This document shows positions 30,691-40,475 of a DNA stretch of 64,000 nt, one piece after another. Source of the stretch: Akkermansia sp. Lineage in GTDB: Bacteria; Verrucomicrobiota; Verrucomicrobiia; Verrucomicrobiales; Akkermansiaceae. The translations under genes and the position numbers were made by a program. Location: assembly GCA_036644695.1 (NCBI GenBank), contig JAVXPO010000001.1, positions 12,776 to 76,775 on the forward strand. The letters are read 5' to 3'. Below the pieces are notes generated by a model, which was not told the DNA's origin, did no database searches, and was given only the letters and a program-made list of their open reading frames with translations. How positions within the stretch are numbered: the stretch's first letter is position 1; every line of letters begins with the position of its first letter.

Positions 30691-31455
30691 TTATTTGGCA
30701 AGAGGGGTTTGAAGACTAGACGGTGGTAAAGGCTCATCTTTTTTAGCTTCGGGTGCTGGGGCAACGGGTGTTGGAGCTGGGGCTAAATTAGGTGTAGGCG
30801 TCTCTACCTTGCTCGGTAAAACATCCTTTTTAGGGTCTTCTTTTTTAACTTCTTGGGTTGGGGTAGCTGGAATGGCTGGGACAACTGGAGGCACTGGGGT
30901 TATTTTAATATCTCCTTCTTGTTTCTCTGGTTTACTTGGTAAAACATCCGTTGTAGATGGGTTCCCTGGCGTAGTTTCTAGTGAGCTATCAGGCAAAACA
31001 GCACCTGGGTTAAGGAAATCCGGCATTTCTCCAGTACAATTAATAGGACTTTGTAGTCCGTCAATGCCAACGGGCAACAGTCCAAATCCTTCTGATGGAT
31101 CAACGATATCCGATGTATTGATATATCCTCTTGTCCCATCGGAGAATTCAACTTTAATGAATATACTATCAGACTCTAACACAACCGCAGAACCACCAGA
31201 TTTAATATTCCCAGTCGTCACAAAATGTGTTTGCGGATTCTTTTCAAAAACCATCGTTTTGGCATTTCTCAATGTGACTTTGTCACCTGCCTTAAATTTT
31301 CCTTCTTTAGCCCGATCCATCATGGCTTGTTTCCGTGCAGCAAACCCCACTGGCTCCAGAGCCGAGTCAGGCTTATTCCACTGAGAAACATACGGTTTTT
31401 TTGAGCACGAGGCGAAGCAAACAATAAGAGAAGATATTAATACTAGATAACGCAT
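30691..31455 (-). CDS. Hypothetical lipoprotein with SH3-like domain and Pro-rich tail
   Basis: Lipobox FASC; KVEFSDGTRGYIN SH3-like strands; Pro/Thr-rich C-terminus. Confidence 0.75.
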   Translation of the reverse strand: MRYLVLISSLIVCFASCSKKPYVSQWNKPDSALEPVGFAARKQAMMDRAKEGKFKAGDKVTLRNAKTMVFEKNPQTHFVTTGNIKSGGSAVVLESDSIFIKVEFSDGTRGYINTSDIVDPSEGFGLLPVGIDGLQSPINCTGEMPDFLNPGAVLPDSSLETTPGNPSTTDVLPSKPEKQEGDIKITPVPPVVPAIPATPTQEVKKEDPKKDVLPSKVETPTPNLAPAPTPVAPAPEAKKDEPLPPSSLQTPLAK

Positions 31456-31598
31456 ACCACATTCATACGTTCATCTTGCACAAGATGAAAGATTTTTTAC
31501 TCTTTCTTTTAGAAAATCATCTTTTTTATCTCATATTATGACATTGATAAGCATGCATCTTGTACAATATCATTTTCCTCTATATAAACATCTCGTTC

Positions 31599-34205
31599 AT
31601 GAATCAATCTTGTCCAGATTCTTTGCCAGAGTCTCTACATCGGCAAATTCATTCCTTCCGTCATCAATTACGAGTCGTTCGGATGCTTGATGCCTTGTAT
31701 CTATGTAGCATCACCATTGCTTTATCGTATTTACTCTTGTTTCTCTCTGATCGGATATGGGAAACTCCCCTCTCTTTCCTTTGGACTTGTTGTCTCATTG
31801 CAGGAATAGGAATGATCACATTTATACCATTTTTTGCCCTTAAATGGATATGGCGGTATCAATATACCAAGCAAATTGCAAAGCTCATTGAGCATGGCAA
31901 CCCACAATTAGGCGACCAACTCCTCAGTATTCTTGAGATAAATACCTCAAGCTCTATTGATACATCATCCATCACGCTAAGAATTGCAGCAAGAGAACAA
32001 ATGGCCGAGGCAATTGCCAACATTGATCTCTCACAATATCTACCAAAGTCCCACAACCGACTTTATGGCTCTATTCTAGGGATTCTAATTTTTTTCATTG
32101 TGTGCCTCTCCATCTTTGTCCCAGATGCAACGGTAAATACTTGGCTACGGTTTATATCACCAAATAATCCGCCAAAACGATTTACTCTTACTCAGTTAGA
32201 TTATCATCAAGTTCAAAAAATTATTCCTTTAGGAGAGCCAACTACCCTAGATATCCCCTTATTGACATCAACTCGCAAGAGACCTTTACAAGCCCAGTTT
32301 AAGCTCTCATCATCCCCATGGATTGATGTATCACTCAATCAACAGACACATTCTTATTCTCTGGAGATACCCTCTGTCTACCAAAAGGATACTCTTGAAT
32401 TTTCTGCTGGGGATGCGAGACAAACGATTCAACTGATTCCCGAATCACGTCCCTCATTAGAACGTGCTTTTGCCATCATCACTCCCCCCGCCTATACGGG
32501 GAAACAACCTTATACCGAAGAGCTCAAGGCAGGTACTATTACGGCACTTTATAACTCTACCGTACAAATTCACGCGATATCAACCAAAGAGTTAGAATCT
32601 GCCACAACAGTCGATAATCAACCCATTGATTATCTCAAAAAAACGGTAACCCTCCCTTCAATTACGGTCAAAAATGAGGCTCATGCATGGAAATTAAATT
32701 GGAGGGATATTCATCATCTAGTTAACTCAAGCCCCATCCATCTCTCTCTGACCCCTATTGAGGATCAAAATCCACAGATTCATGTAAGAGCTCAACAAAA
32801 TACTGCTTTTTTATTAGAAGAGACGAGTCTTGAGCTAGATTTAGAAGCTAATGATGATTATGGAGTCAATGAATTAGGCATTGAATGGGTTTCAGAAAAA
32901 GATCTCTCCAAGAATAAAGACACCCCTTCAATAAATTCTCTCCCCCCTCCCCCAAGCTCACACAAGATTGTAAAACAAGGTAACAACAATGATACTTCGT
33001 TAAAATCTCGCTTTGTTTTTCAGGCAAAATCACTGGGCATCACCCCTCAACGTATTGTTTTGCGCGGATTTGCCAAAGATTACTTCCCCAATCGTCCCAA
33101 TATCTACTCTCAGCCTCTCGTCATTCGTATCCTAAGCCATGCAGAACATGCTCAAATGATTCGCACCTGTATGGATCGTGTAGAAGGAGAACTCGATGAA
33201 ATTGCTAAAACCATGGATTCGATGGAAGATGAAATTCAACTCATCAGAAAACTTGAACATCATGAATTCGCTAATGACAATACGACAGAACGTCTCAATG
33301 CCCTCTCCAATATTGAACTCACAAACCGTAGAAAAATAGAGACACTCATTCAATTTTCTCAACAACTTTTTCTGCAAGGAACAAAAAATTCAGAAATTGA
33401 TCCAGACTCCCTTCAACAATTTATCAACGCTATTCAATCTCTCAAAAAGATTCCTCAAGAAATTGCGCAACAAGCACAAACTTATTTGAAAAATGCAGCT
33501 CAAGCTAACGATCCAGAAAAAAGAGAAAAAGCACTAACTAAAGGAGAGAGCAAGCATCTTGAAGCGACAGAAACACTTCGCAAAGCCATGAGTCAACTTA
33601 ATAAAAGTGCGCAAGAAATGGAATCAAGTACCTTTGTTGCACGGTTACGACAAGCCTCTCGCAAAGAAAAATCCATCTCTGAATCACTCGCCAGCAAACT
33701 CCCTCAACTAGCTGGGCTCTTCTCCAATGAATTATCTCAGACTCTCAATCGAGAATTAGATGCTCTCTATGCCTTACAACAAGCAGTCTCTAAAGATGTC
33801 TCATGGATTACTGAAGATTTGAAATTTTACAAATCGCGTACAGAAGAAGCGATTTATAGCGATTTATATACTCAAATGTTAACCCTCCCCATCTCGGAAA
33901 AAATGATGCAAATCTCAACAAGCATCAAAAATACACACGTAGGTATTGCCATTGAAAAATCTGACCAAATCTCCAATATCCTAGAGAAATGGGCTACCTT
34001 GATTGATGATTATAAAAAAAATCACCATTCCCAAGAATCTAGCTCTAGCGGAAGCGGTGGTGATAGCCAGGAGAAAGACGAAACCATGTCTGAATCTGAT
34101 TTTGAATTAATGCTAAAGATGATACGCATGATTCAACAGCAACAAGATATTCGCATCAGAACGAGAGCCGTCGAACAAGAACGAAGAACAAGCACCGCAT
34201 CATGA
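31599..34205 (+). CDS. Large membrane-anchored protein with coiled-coil C-terminus (DUF4175-like)
   Basis: Three N-terminal TMs, beta-rich middle (A.DDYGV motif), long Q/E/K helical tail; likely start 31599. Family assignment is from recall. Confidence 0.75.
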   Translation: MNQSCPDSLPESLHRQIHSFRHQLRVVRMLDALYLCSITIALSYLLLFLSDRIWETPLSFLWTCCLIAGIGMITFIPFFALKWIWRYQYTKQIAKLIEHGNPQLGDQLLSILEINTSSSIDTSSITLRIAAREQMAEAIANIDLSQYLPKSHNRLYGSILGILIFFIVCLSIFVPDATVNTWLRFISPNNPPKRFTLTQLDYHQVQKIIPLGEPTTLDIPLLTSTRKRPLQAQFKLSSSPWIDVSLNQQTHSYSLEIPSVYQKDTLEFSAGDARQTIQLIPESRPSLERAFAIITPPAYTGKQPYTEELKAGTITALYNSTVQIHAISTKELESATTVDNQPIDYLKKTVTLPSITVKNEAHAWKLNWRDIHHLVNSSPIHLSLTPIEDQNPQIHVRAQQNTAFLLEETSLELDLEANDDYGVNELGIEWVSEKDLSKNKDTPSINSLPPPPSSHKIVKQGNNNDTSLKSRFVFQAKSLGITPQRIVLRGFAKDYFPNRPNIYSQPLVIRILSHAEHAQMIRTCMDRVEGELDEIAKTMDSMEDEIQLIRKLEHHEFANDNTTERLNALSNIELTNRRKIETLIQFSQQLFLQGTKNSEIDPDSLQQFINAIQSLKKIPQEIAQQAQTYLKNAAQANDPEKREKALTKGESKHLEATETLRKAMSQLNKSAQEMESSTFVARLRQASRKEKSISESLASKLPQLAGLFSNELSQTLNRELDALYALQQAVSKDVSWITEDLKFYKSRTEEAIYSDLYTQMLTLPISEKMMQISTSIKNTHVGIAIEKSDQISNILEKWATLIDDYKKNHHSQESSSSGSGGDSQEKDETMSESDFELMLKMIRMIQQQQDIRIRTRAVEQERRTSTAS

Positions 34206-34834
34206 CAAGCCACCCATTGATCCTCTTTATGGCACTTACTTTTGCCTCTTTTCTTTCTCTATCCTTAGGGATAGAGCCCCCCTCTGCCATTGAGCTCTCT
34301 CGCGAACAAGATGAATTACAAGCCGATGCTTTTGACTTAATTGCCGAGCAAACAGATGAAAAAGTGATCACCCTCTTAGAGAAATGTCGCCATGCCATGA
34401 ATGACGCTGTCGATCTTTTAGAAAAAAATGAAACAGGGGGAGAAACGCTGGCGGCTCAATCAGAAGTAATGGAACGCATCTACCAAACCGCCAAACAACA
34501 CAACTCAACCCCTGATGGTAAAATGAAACCAGGAGCAAAAGGCATGATGGACATGATGCGCCAAATGCTCGGTATGAATGATGAAAATATAGCCCCTCCT
34601 CAAACACAAAATAATGAGAATCCACTCACCACAGAACAAAAATTTGGGCAAAGCTCAGGAAAACAAGTAGACGGAGTCAGTAATCTCAGTTCAGAACAAA
34701 TAAAGGGAGTATCGAACCCTAATATACTCAAAGAGCCTAGAGTCGTACCTCATGCAACTGGGACATCTCCATCAGAAATGCCACAAGAGTTTCAAAAAGC
34801 ACTTGAAGCCTATAATAAAACACTTCAACAATAG
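34202..34834 (+). CDS. Exported helical protein resembling the C-terminal part of DUF4175-like proteins
   Basis: ATGA overlap with the upstream gene; signal-peptide-like N-terminus; ends EMPQEFQKALEAYNKTL. Confidence 0.7.
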   Translation: MTSHPLILFMALTFASFLSLSLGIEPPSAIELSREQDELQADAFDLIAEQTDEKVITLLEKCRHAMNDAVDLLEKNETGGETLAAQSEVMERIYQTAKQHNSTPDGKMKPGAKGMMDMMRQMLGMNDENIAPPQTQNNENPLTTEQKFGQSSGKQVDGVSNLSSEQIKGVSNPNILKEPRVVPHATGTSPSEMPQEFQKALEAYNKTLQQ

Positions 34835-35872
34835 ATGCCCACCAGCTCCATGCTCAATACCCCCCTCATGCGTCTTATCCTTTTTTGTATACTCTCCTTC
34901 CCCTTGAGTATCAATAATGCTCATGCACAAAATCTAACTAGATTCAATGACATACCTACGAACGGAGACAACATCCCCCCACAAGTAGAGTCAATCTATC
35001 TTAAAGGATTGCGATTCCTGCAACAGGTACAAAAAGAGGATGGCTCTTTTGGCTCTAATTACGACAAGGATCCTGCCATTGCTGGTTTTTGCCTCATGAG
35101 CATCCTTGCTCATGGGGATGACCCCAATGTAGGACCTTTTGCCAATATGGCTAAAAAGTGCCTTTCCTTTATTCTCTCTCAGCAAAATAAAAAAACGGGA
35201 TACATTGGTTCAAGTATGTATTCTCATGGTTTTGCCACTTTGGCTTTGTCAGAGGCGTATGGTTATTTACGAGATGACCGCATCGGACCAGCGCTCAAAA
35301 AAGCAGTAGAGCTCACCCTCACCGCCCAAGAGAAAAATCCTCTTGGCGGATGGAGATACTCGCCCGATGCTACAGATGCTGATACCTCAGTAACTGGTTG
35401 CCAAATAGTCTCTCTCTATGCTGCGCGAAATGCTGGTATCCCCATTCCTGACAAGAATCTTACTAAAGCCTTACGATTTATGGCAAGTTGCCGAGATAAC
35501 GAGGGTACTTATGGATATGTTAATCCATCAGGAGGGAGAACAACTCTCTCTGCAATTGGATTACTAACTCTCTCTTTAGCAAAACAAAAAAAGGACTCTA
35601 GCTACAATCTAACATCCCGTTACCTCGTCAATAAAATCAATCATCGAGAAAGTACGTATCCTTTCTATTTTGAATACTACATGTCTCAGGCACTTTTTCA
35701 TTCAAATGAAAAAGCATGGCAAGAATGGAATCTCAAAAATATCCGCTACATGGCAAGCACACAATCTCCCAATGGATCATGGCTGAGCTCATCTGGTAAT
35801 GCTTATGCTACATCAGTTGCCCTCTTATCTCTTGCTGTCAACTTTCGCCTCTTGCCTATTTATGAAAAATAA
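34835..35872 (+). CDS. Prenyltransferase/squalene-oxidase-repeat (alpha/alpha barrel) protein
   Basis: QW-like repeats QKEDGSF, QNKKTGYIG, QEKNPLGGWRY, RDNEGTYGY, QSPNGSW; signal peptide. Confidence 0.88.
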   Translation: MPTSSMLNTPLMRLILFCILSFPLSINNAHAQNLTRFNDIPTNGDNIPPQVESIYLKGLRFLQQVQKEDGSFGSNYDKDPAIAGFCLMSILAHGDDPNVGPFANMAKKCLSFILSQQNKKTGYIGSSMYSHGFATLALSEAYGYLRDDRIGPALKKAVELTLTAQEKNPLGGWRYSPDATDADTSVTGCQIVSLYAARNAGIPIPDKNLTKALRFMASCRDNEGTYGYVNPSGGRTTLSAIGLLTLSLAKQKKDSSYNLTSRYLVNKINHRESTYPFYFEYYMSQALFHSNEKAWQEWNLKNIRYMASTQSPNGSWLSSSGNAYATSVALLSLAVNFRLLPIYEK

Positions 35873-37289
35873 ATATTTTAGAGTAATCCTCATTACTCTT
35901 ACCTTTATGGGCATTCCCTCGTCATGGGCTATCCCTGCTGAAGTTTTTATGACAGATGGGTATAAGCTCCACGGGGATATCATCTCTATAGATTCACAAC
36001 ATACAATCATCAAACACCCAGAGGCAAATCCCTCCCTATCCATCAAAAATACTGCCATCCAATCAATAACAATCTATTCAGAATTTGGAACCCCACAACC
36101 TTATCACGATAAAATTTATCTTGCGGATACTCCATCAGATATTATCCCTTGTACGATTAAAAGTATCGATCACCAAGGAATTCATTTCTCTAGTTTTTTT
36201 GGAGAAAACACTCAACTTCCCTTAGATCATATATCAGGAGTAAGATTATCTAAATCAGATCGTTTCATCAATCTGCTCCCCACTCCATTCACCTTTGATA
36301 AAACGTGGCTTCATTATGATAACCCAAAGATTGCAAGTGCCTATCTTGCATCATTACGCCCAGTTACAAAAGATAACAAAACAAGCTATACTCTAGCCTC
36401 ACACATATTTCTCAGTAAAGATGTTGGTCTCAACCCTATCGCATTTAATTTTGAAGTAAGCCTACCTGCTGAAAAACAAAAATCTCTTAGTGTTTCCTTC
36501 ACCTTTGGAGGCAATTCAAAAGATATCCTTCTCATCGGCAATAATACTCCCCTCCCAGAGGCAAGAGCCATCACTATACTCACAATCACCAATACCACTT
36601 GCTCTTTATTTATAGTAGAAAAAAATAGTCGAGCTAAAATGATTTTACAAGCCCCTATTCCTCTCCAAAAGATTCCCTGTACCATCAAACTAACGGCACA
36701 CTCACTCTCTCAAGGCAAAATCACCTATGAACTAACGAGTACAGGGAGAGAGCCCATTCACTATACACTTAATAGCACAAAGGACATTCAGCCGGAAGGA
36801 TCTTATTTTGCCATACAAAACAACTTATTTGGGACGAAAGATTGTGAAAATCCAATCATCAGTGATTTACACCTCTCAACGCAAGCACCCATCCCCTCAG
36901 AGCCACCCAATCGCTCCCCTCAATTCGATGTATTAAAAATGACCAATGGTCAATCTCTTACAGGCAAACTCATCTCGCTAAAGATTAAAGATAAAAAACT
37001 CTCGTTCCTCATCCAAGGACAAAAAGAACCATCAGAATTCATCTCTGATCAAGTAACCTTTATTCTACTCAAACAATCCCAATCTGCCAATAATGCCGAT
37101 ACCCCAACCTACGAGGATAACACCGTTTATTTGAAAAATGGATGCAATTGGAATGGTAAAATAATTTCGCTCAATACAAAACGACTCATTATCAAACACC
37201 CAACGCTTGGCAAAACATCTATCCCATTCAATCTCATTAGGAGTATTGAATTTCACCATCAAGCCCCACCCATCCGTTCCCTGCCATGA
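35862..37289 (+). CDS. Exported hypothetical protein with four short beta-rich repeats
   Basis: Repeats such as VFMTDGYKLHGDIISID, LKMTNGQSLTGKLISL, VYLKNGCNWNGKIISL; likely start MKNKYF at 35862. Confidence 0.75.
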   Translation: MKNKYFRVILITLTFMGIPSSWAIPAEVFMTDGYKLHGDIISIDSQHTIIKHPEANPSLSIKNTAIQSITIYSEFGTPQPYHDKIYLADTPSDIIPCTIKSIDHQGIHFSSFFGENTQLPLDHISGVRLSKSDRFINLLPTPFTFDKTWLHYDNPKIASAYLASLRPVTKDNKTSYTLASHIFLSKDVGLNPIAFNFEVSLPAEKQKSLSVSFTFGGNSKDILLIGNNTPLPEARAITILTITNTTCSLFIVEKNSRAKMILQAPIPLQKIPCTIKLTAHSLSQGKITYELTSTGREPIHYTLNSTKDIQPEGSYFAIQNNLFGTKDCENPIISDLHLSTQAPIPSEPPNRSPQFDVLKMTNGQSLTGKLISLKIKDKKLSFLIQGQKEPSEFISDQVTFILLKQSQSANNADTPTYEDNTVYLKNGCNWNGKIISLNTKRLIIKHPTLGKTSIPFNLIRSIEFHHQAPPIRSLP

Positions 37290-38701
37290 AAAAGATACTC
37301 ACATTGCTTTTTAGTTTCCTTTATCTATTGGCTCCATGGATTCCAGCGGAAGAAGCTAATCCCCAACATCAAATCATTGAATTAACCCCTGACGATTCGA
37401 TACTAGGGGAATGGCTCAATGACCCAACTCAAGGCAAAATACTTATTCAATCGCCTCTCATTACAGGGAAATCACGATTTAACATCAAGGGGCTCCGCTC
37501 AATAACCCTCAATAATACACTCAAACGAGAACGTGGTACAAGCATCACCAAACTAGTCAATGGTGACATCATCCGTGGCGCACTAACAAAAACTACTAAT
37601 GACAGCATCATCCTGAGCACCTCATGGTGCCATAACCTACACATCCCCAAAGCGTTTATTAAAGAACTAGGCTTTGAACAAAATAAAAACATCATTTTTT
37701 CAGGAGATGGATCACTCACATTATGGTCATATCCACGAACGAATAATTCATGGATTAGTAATGAATTAGGGCTCACATGTCTATCTTCTCAAGATGAAAT
37801 AACTAGAGATATGCAATTGCCTGAGTCGATTCATCTTTCGTTAACCATCATTGCACCATCCAAAAACATCGTCCCTATGCATATAAAATTGTGGTGCTCG
37901 CCTCCAGGCAGTAGCGTCAAAAACGACTATTTTGATTTTTATATGTTCGCCCACATCGCACGCGTCATGCTAGTCAACAAAGGTATCGAGTATAATCTTG
38001 GTTCGCCATTGCTCGAACAGGCGATGGAGGCTCGTAAGAGGAAAACGACAAATTCCAGCCGCATCGACTTATTCGCAAACCGAAATACAGGAGTTTTTTA
38101 TTTATATATTGATGGGCAACTCAATGGAGAATGGAATATTAACGCCCTCATGGCAGAGCAAGAAGAGGAAGGGAAACCCACAGACAACCCATTACCGCAT
38201 TTAGTATGTGGGTCTGGCTTCTCCTTTGGTTTCCTCAATAATATCCCGGGTTCCATCTCTGACTTAAACATCTACTCATGGAATGGTCATCCACTTGGAC
38301 AATCTTTGCCTCTCCCTTTTGTTGAAGGAGAAAATCCATCTAGCTCACATAAAACAGGTGAAGATATCTACCTCATCAACGGAGATAAACTAACAGGTAA
38401 CTTGAGCCTCGATTCACCAGACTCAATCACGGTCAAATCCCCACTCTATCAGGTAAGTATCCCCATGGATAAAATAATACGTCTTGGACTCAAAAAACAA
38501 GACTCCTCCCCCTGCAACCTAAAAGACACCACGAATATAAAAATCATTCTAACAGATGGGGCTTGCATCAGTGGCACATACAAAATGCTCAACGACAACC
38601 ACCTCAATATCAGGACAAAAATAATGGGTGATTTATCAATCCCTAAAGAGGAAATTAAAAAAGTTTTGTTCATTCTCAATAAAAAGCCAGAGCTCCAATG
38701 A
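37286..38701 (+). CDS. Exported hypothetical protein with the same architecture as 35862..37289
   Basis: Repeats KLVNGDIIRGAL, YLINGDKLTGNL, ILTDGACISGTY; ATGA overlap with the upstream gene. Confidence 0.75.
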   Translation: MKKILTLLFSFLYLLAPWIPAEEANPQHQIIELTPDDSILGEWLNDPTQGKILIQSPLITGKSRFNIKGLRSITLNNTLKRERGTSITKLVNGDIIRGALTKTTNDSIILSTSWCHNLHIPKAFIKELGFEQNKNIIFSGDGSLTLWSYPRTNNSWISNELGLTCLSSQDEITRDMQLPESIHLSLTIIAPSKNIVPMHIKLWCSPPGSSVKNDYFDFYMFAHIARVMLVNKGIEYNLGSPLLEQAMEARKRKTTNSSRIDLFANRNTGVFYLYIDGQLNGEWNINALMAEQEEEGKPTDNPLPHLVCGSGFSFGFLNNIPGSISDLNIYSWNGHPLGQSLPLPFVEGENPSSSHKTGEDIYLINGDKLTGNLSLDSPDSITVKSPLYQVSIPMDKIIRLGLKKQDSSPCNLKDTTNIKIILTDGACISGTYKMLNDNHLNIRTKIMGDLSIPKEEIKKVLFILNKKPELQ

Positions 38702-38709
38702 CTTTCCCA

Positions 38710-38738
38710 TTGACCGCAAGGCAAGGAAGCCCTACTCT
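38710..38738 (+). promoter_or_regulatory. Sigma70-type promoter
   Basis: TTGACC-N17-TACTCT upstream of the PUR-domain gene. Confidence 0.55.
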
Positions 38739-38781
38739 GCACACCTAACCAAATAAGAACCGGAGGCTCGTATATATTACC

Positions 38782-39036
38782 GTGGATGACGATATCATTT
38801 GTACCGAAAAAATTATTGCAGACCGCAAAACATTCTTTCTTGATCTCAAGAAAAATGCTCGTGGTCAAGTCGTGAGAATTACTGAAAAAGTCAGCTCAAA
38901 CCGTGATCGCATCATGGTTCCTGCTGAGATAATTGACGATTTCATCGCCGCCTTGCAGGATATCCGCAAAGCGATGGATTTGCCGACTCCTCCTCAACGC
39001 GATGAGGAAGAAATGGTCTCTGAACAAGAAGACTAA
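38782..39036 (+). CDS. PUR-domain (PurA/DUF3276-like) ssDNA/RNA-binding protein
   Basis: TEKIIADRKTFFLDLKKNARGQVVRITEK...RDRIMVP...DFIAAL, a single PUR repeat; GTG start. Confidence 0.85.
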   Translation: MDDDIICTEKIIADRKTFFLDLKKNARGQVVRITEKVSSNRDRIMVPAEIIDDFIAALQDIRKAMDLPTPPQRDEEEMVSEQED

Positions 39037-39057
39037 GCAGATAATTCAAAATCTCTC

Positions 39058-39090
39058 GAAAGGACGCTCGCAACAGCGTCCTTTCTTTTT
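39058..39090 (+). terminator. Intrinsic terminator
   Basis: GAAAGGACGCT-CGCAAC-AGCGTCCTTTC-TTTTT. Confidence 0.85.
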
Positions 39091-39164
39091 GGGCTCATTT
39101 TACGAATCATAAGAATTACGATTGATTCTACCTCATCTTTCGCCCATAATACCGCAACGAACTT

Positions 39165-40382
39165 ATGATGGATCTTAATACATATCTGCGCACCTTCCCA
39201 GATCAAAACGGTTACTATGGTGAATACGGTGGGAGCTTCCTCCCTCCTGAACTCGTTCCCGCATTTCAAGAAATCTCTGAAGCCTATCAAACAATCTGCA
39301 AATCTGCTCAATTTATCAATGAATTGAGACGCATTCGCAAACAATTCCAAGGCAGACCAACCCCAGTCTATCATTGCGAACGTCTCTCTCGCATGATGGG
39401 CACCTGTCAGCTCTACCTCAAACGTGAAGACCTCAATCACACGGGAGCTCACAAGCTCAACCACTGTATGGGTGAGGGTCTCCTCGCTAAATACATGGGG
39501 AAAAAACGCATTATTGCTGAAACAGGGGCTGGACAACATGGCGTTGCTCTCGCCACAGCAGCGGCCTTCTTCGGGCTTGAATGTGAAATTCACATGGGAG
39601 AAATCGACATTGCCAAACAAGCGCCTAACGTCACCCGAATGAAAATTTTAGGGGCTAAAGTCGTCCCCGTCACGACAGGTAATAGAACGCTAAAAGAAGC
39701 TGTTGACTCTGCCTTTGAATCGTATAGGAAAACCTATAAAGACTCAATCTACTGCATTGGCTCCGTCCTTGGTCCTCACCCCTTCCCTCAAATGGTACGT
39801 GACTTCCAAATGTGCATCGGCGTCGAAGCTCGCGAACAATTCCAAGAAATGACAGGACTCTTACCCGATGTTGTCTGTGCCGCAGTCGGTGGCGGCAGCA
39901 ACTCCATGGGCATGTTCACTGCATTCCTCGGTGACCCTGTCGAGATTTTTGGTGTAGAGCCCCTTGGTAAAGGCTCCACCCTCGGACAACATGCCGCCTC
40001 GCTCACCTATGGCAAAAAAGGCATCCTTCATGGATTCCAAAGCATTATGCTTAAAGACGCCAACGGCGATCCAGCCCCCGTCCACTCCATCGCCAGCGGA
40101 CTTGACTACCCATCCGTCGGACCAGAACATGCCTATCTTCACGACATTGGACGTGTCATCTACGACACCGTCAGCGATGAAGAAGCTGTCGATGCATTCT
40201 TTAAACTATCTCGTTATGAAGGGATTATCCCAGCATTGGAAAGTTCTCACGCCATCGCCTACGGACTAAAACTCTGCCGAGAACGCAAATCTGGTGCCAT
40301 CCTCGTCAACTGCTCTGGTCGTGGCGACAAAGATGTCGATTACGTCGTCGAACACTACGGCTTCGGAGAAGAACGCGCCTAA
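39165..40382 (+). CDS. trpB: Tryptophan synthase beta subunit (stand-alone)
   Basis: [12 protein letters not shown] (PLP lysine), [32 protein letters not shown]. Confidence 0.97.
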   Translation: MMDLNTYLRTFPDQNGYYGEYGGSFLPPELVPAFQEISEAYQTICKSAQFINELRRIRKQFQGRPTPVYHCERLSRMMGTCQLYLKREDLNHTGAHKLNHCMGEGLLAKYMGKKRIIAETGAGQHGVALATAAAFFGLECEIHMGEIDIAKQAPNVTRMKILGAKVVPVTTGNRTLKEAVDSAFESYRKTYKDSIYCIGSVLGPHPFPQMVRDFQMCIGVEAREQFQEMTGLLPDVVCAAVGGGSNSMGMFTAFLGDPVEIFGVEPLGKGSTLGQHAASLTYGKKGILHGFQSIMLKDANGDPAPVHSIASGLDYPSVGPEHAYLHDIGRVIYDTVSDEEAVDAFFKLSRYEGIIPALESSHAIAYGLKLCRERKSGAILVNCSGRGDKDVDYVVEHYGFGEERA

Positions 40383-40408
40383 AATTTAATCTAACCCAAA
40401 AAAACATG

Positions 40409-40453
40409 GAAACCGCTGATTGATAGAGATCACTCTATCAATCAGTGGCTTTC
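40409..40453. terminator. Long hairpin after trpB
   Basis: CCGCTGATTGATAGAG-ATCA-CTCTATCAATCAGTGG, flanked by GAAA/TTTC. Confidence 0.7.
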
Positions 40454-40475
40454 GTATCTAATAACACAATCTTTT

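Noticed and set aside
38712-38735. SRP-RNA-like AGGAAGC
   Set aside because: No surrounding SRP helix; better explained as a sigma70 promoter spacer.
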